A program made the translations under genes and the position numbers. A stretch of 57,419 nt of DNA from Octopus bimaculoides (taxonomy: Eukaryota): the NCBI RefSeq assembly GCF_001194135.2, contig NC_068982.1, positions 28,223,707 through 28,281,125 of the forward strand, read 5' to 3'. Each line of letters starts with the position of its first letter. The first letter of the stretch is position 1. Below are positions 53,500 to 57,419 of the stretch, piece by piece. A model generated the notes under the pieces. It was not told the DNA's origin. It searched no databases and saw only the letters and a program-made list of their open reading frames with translations.

Positions 53500-53555
<56 letters not shown>

Positions 53556-54317
53556 GTCTGTCTGTCTGTCTGTCTGTCTGCCCGACAGTCTGTCTGCCTG
53601 TCTCGCTCGCGGTTTCTATCTCTGACTCACACAATCTCTCTATATAAACACATATATACATTCATACACACACACACATGCACGCACGCTCACACACGCA
53701 CACACACACACACACGCACACACACACACATATATATACACATACACATACATATATGTATATACAACAATATCAACATCAAGCAGTGAATAAGCATTCG
53801 CGAATTTAGTTTAGTTAAAGTATATTTGTGACAAATAACTAACCTAAAGTTCATATATNNNNNNNNNNNNNNNNNNNNNNNNNNNNNNNNNNNNNNNNNN
53901 NNNNNNNNNNNNNNNNNNNNNNNNNNNNNNNNNNNNNNNNNNNNNNNNNNNNNNNNNNNNNNNNNNNNNNNNNNNNNNNNNNNNNNNNNNNNNNNNNNNN
54001 NNNNNNNNNNNNNNNNNATTAATTGACAAACATCAGCATACAAACATCAGTTAGACCCATTTATTAATTAATTACAATCATATTAATAAATAAAGAATAA
54101 ATGAGTGAGATTCATTGTCAATTAATTATCTTCTCCATTTTCTTCCTTGCCTTATAAATTCTGGTTAAACTTTTGCTTACCTCCACACATGCCTATTATT
54201 CAATTGCACTATTGCCTTGCAAAAGTAAGCATTTGGATATATATAGGTATACATCCAGTAGTATATTGGATATTTGTAATCCCTTAGATGGTTGTCTAAC
54301 CTCTAACTCATATATAC

Positions 54318-54355
<38 letters not shown>

Positions 54356-54361
54356 CACATA

Positions 54362-54408
<47 letters not shown>

Positions 54409-55157
54409 TGTTAGGAACTTAAAAACACTAAAAACTTTTTCTCGGATAATGTTAAAGAGTTTTTCATACTGCACTGTAAGGTCAGGATGACGTCCATTGT
54501 GAAAATGGTGGAAGCTAGGTGTTAATAGCCAAACTGTGAAACTCTCTAACAAATTGACTAGCCTTAGCAAACCTTTATTAGCAGAGATAATTGTACCCCA
54601 GTATTTGTGACAGTTTTTTTTTTCTGTGAGACAAGGTTCAACTGGATTCTGGAAGCTATGATTGGCTGTTTAATTTATGCGCTTTATGCTTTTTATTGGG
54701 CATTTATGGAATTATATTATGTGCCAGGAATTCGCCAGAACTTCTTGATTGTCAGTTTTAAAATAATTCTGTGTCACATCTGGGTGAGTACAAAAAGTTA
54801 TGTTATGTTATAATATTTATGTGAATTTTGAACTCTGCATTTGTGGCAGGCAGGTTGTGTAGTAATTTTGCTAGCTATTTTCTGTTAAGATAAATGTTAA
54901 AATTTGTATAAATAGCTAAAGGATGTCTGAATTAAATTTTTTCATGTAACCAATTCTTTTGTATTAGACAACTAACTGCAAATTTTGTTTAATGTTACTC
55001 AGTATGCTTGTATGAAGCAGTTTTGTGTGAATTTAAAGCAACCTAGATCTTTTGTTTTCATTTTTTTATTTTTCATCAATAGTAGTCTGGCAGCCGTTTT
55101 GTGTCATGAACCTTTAGTTTAAATGGTTGCTTTGACATTAGATTTATTTATATTTAG

Positions 55158-55530
55158 GTTCAAGGTTCGAAATCCAAGGTTGAACACCGAATTTGTGAAG
55201 ACAGATTTTATACCATTCCAAGGTTCGAAATCCAAGGTTGAACACCGAGTTTGTGAAAACAGATTTTATGACATTCCAAAGTTCAAAATCCAAGGTTCGA
55301 AAAGCGAATTTGTGAAGCCAGATTTTATTAAATCTAAATTTTCGGAATCCGTGTTTTGAACACCGAAATTGTGAAGCCAGATTTTATGAAATCCAAATTT
55401 CTGGAATCCATATTATTTTTGAAAACCAAATTTGTGAGGCCAGGATTTGATGAGGCCAATTTTGGTGAAACCAAAATTTGTGAATCCAGAGTTACGAATC
55501 CAAGTTTGTGAAATCAAGTTGATGCCGGGT
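55158..55530. repeat. Minisatellite with 14-15-bp subunits organised into a 58-59-bp higher-order repeat
   Basis: Units start at 55160, 55218, 55276, 55334 and 55393; units 1 and 2 are nearly identical; the array decays to monomers of about ccaaatttgtgaaat after 55420. Confidence 0.85.
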
Positions 55531-55767
55531 TTCTGAGTCCGATTTTCTGAACTATATATATTACCTTTATAAACATTTTGACTGCACGTCTAGTGTAGCA
55601 TTAATTTATTTTTGTTCGTATATATTTGTTTTGTATGTAGGCTGTTTTTTATGCTTTTACTTAATTGTTAAGAATATTTTACAAAACTTCATGGTGTGTT
55701 ATTGTTTTGAGTTCATCCCATCCTTGTTGGGTGTGTAAATTCGAGTTATGGCCACCAGGTCGTAACA

Positions 55768-55826
<59 letters not shown>

Positions 55827-56689
55827 CATACATACATACATACATATATATANNNNNNNNNNNNNNNNNNNNNNNNNNNNNNNNNNNNNNNNNNNNNNNN
55901 NNNNNNNNNNNNNNNNNNNNNNNNNNNNNNNNNNNNNNNNNNNNNNNNNNNNNNNNNNNNNNNNNNNNNNNNNNNNNNNNNNNNNNNNNNNNNNNNNNNN
56001 NNNNNNNNNNNNNNNNNNNNNNNNNNNNNNNNNNNNNNNNNNNNNNNNNNNNNNNNNNNNNNNNNNNNNNNNNNNNNNNNNNNNNNNNNNNNNNNNNNNN
56101 NNNNNNNNNNNNNNNNNNNNNNNNNNNNNNNNNNNNNNNNNNNNNNNNNNNNNNNNNNNNNNNNNNNNNNNNNNNNNNNNNNNNNNNNNNNNNNNNNNNN
56201 NNNNNNNNNNNNNNNNNNNNNNNNNNNNNNNNNNNNNNNNNNNNNNNNNNNNNNNNNNNNNNNNNNNNNNNNNNNNNNNNNNNNNNNNNNNNNNNNNNNN
56301 NNNNNNNNNNNNNNNNNNNNNNNNNNNNNNNNNNNNNNNNNNNNNNNNNNNNNNNNNNNNNNNNNNNNNNNNNNNNNNNNNNNNNNNNNNNNNNNNNNNN
56401 NNNNNNNNNNNNNNNNNNNNNNNNNNNNNNNNNNNNNNNNNNNNNNNNNNNNNNNNNNNNNNNNNNNNNNNNNNNNNNNNNNNNNNNNNNNNNNNNNNNN
56501 NNNNNNNNNNNNNNNNNNNNNNNNNNNNNNNNNNNNNNNNNNNNNNNNNNNNNNNNNNNNNNNNNNNNNNNNNNNNNNNNNNNNNNNNNNNNNNNNNNNN
56601 NNNNNNNNNNNNNNNNNNNNNNNNNNNNNNNNNNNNNNNNNNNNNNNNNNNNNNNNNNNNNTATATATAGCCATCACCTAGCTACTAAA

Positions 56690-56860
56690 GCTTTCTTTTT
56701 TATTCTTTCTCTGGTTATTTTCTCGTGTTCCTTTCTGTTGAAGAGCGTAGGCTCGAAACGTAAAAGACATTCTCACCTTCCCGAGCGTTAAACTAATACA
56801 CCTGTTTGTTGTTTACACACCTGTCTTCATCTTTTGTTTTTTGTAAATTTCAATATATAT
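56690..56860 (+). mobile_element. Penelope-like terminal fragment with a minimal hammerhead motif (56731-56766)
   Basis: CTTT-CTGTTGA-A-GAGC gtag GCTC-GAAA-CGTA-AAAG: 4-bp stem I, 4-bp stem II, no loop III, GUA triplet, A6U. Confidence 0.65.
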
Positions 56861-57419
56861 ATATTTATGCTCACACATATATTTGCACATACACACATGC
56901 ACGCAGATTATTAACAATATATTGGATATCATATGACCTAGAAAATAACGACAGCTCATTGACCTAAATGCTTTAAAATATCTTATCTCGTCCATATTGT
57001 TTATATATTGATATTTGACTTTACCACAAGTATACAGATGTATCAGGAAAGTTGATTCAATCTCCTACATATACCACTTTTAATTATTAGTTATTGATGA
57101 TGTTTTAAACTCCGATCCATGCACGATCCAGGAGGCCTATGATTGTAGGCAATAGCTATTAGGTTAAGAAGTTAACTTATTTGCAATGACGGGGGTTTTT
57201 GCTACAGTGCAGCAAATTTGGGACGTGTTATTTACTACAGCATTAGTTACCTATCGGTATATGATTGGGATTTGGTCAACGATATTTTTGAAGAAGAGCA
57301 TTGATTATGTATATAAATGCATACATATATGGGCATGCGCGCACGTATGAACATGTGCATATTATTATTATTAATATATATATATGTGTGTGTTTGTGTA
57401 TATATATATATATATATAT

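Noticed and set aside
54607-54813. ORF ending near a GTGAGT donor at 54784
   Set aside because: No consistent reading frame with the neighbouring candidate exons.

Overview
AT-rich, microsatellite-saturated animal DNA with many N gaps. Repeat families and composition suggest a coleoid cephalopod, most likely Octopus (inference, no database search run). No complete protein-coding gene is visible, and almost all ORFs in the supplied track are artefacts of microsatellites or N runs. The best gene evidence is a minus-strand first coding exon (31322-31235) encoding a signal peptide and ending at a canonical GTAAGT donor. Weaker evidence points to one or two CpG-rich promoters (about 35.9-36.1 kb and 40.0-40.3 kb) and small plus-strand exons. 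Most identifiable content is mobile-element debris: a decayed Tc1 transposon with probable DD36E spacing, a Helitron remnant between two Helitron-like ends, an R4/Dong-like and a CR1/L2-like LINE 3' fragment, three MITE or deletion derivatives, and about five tRNA-derived SINE families. The most interesting pattern is four different minimal hammerhead-ribozyme-like motifs of the Penelope type, each with its own base-paired stems. One of them forms the 3' end of a tRNA-headed SINE-like element. Coordinates were counted by hand; repeat boundaries are approximate.
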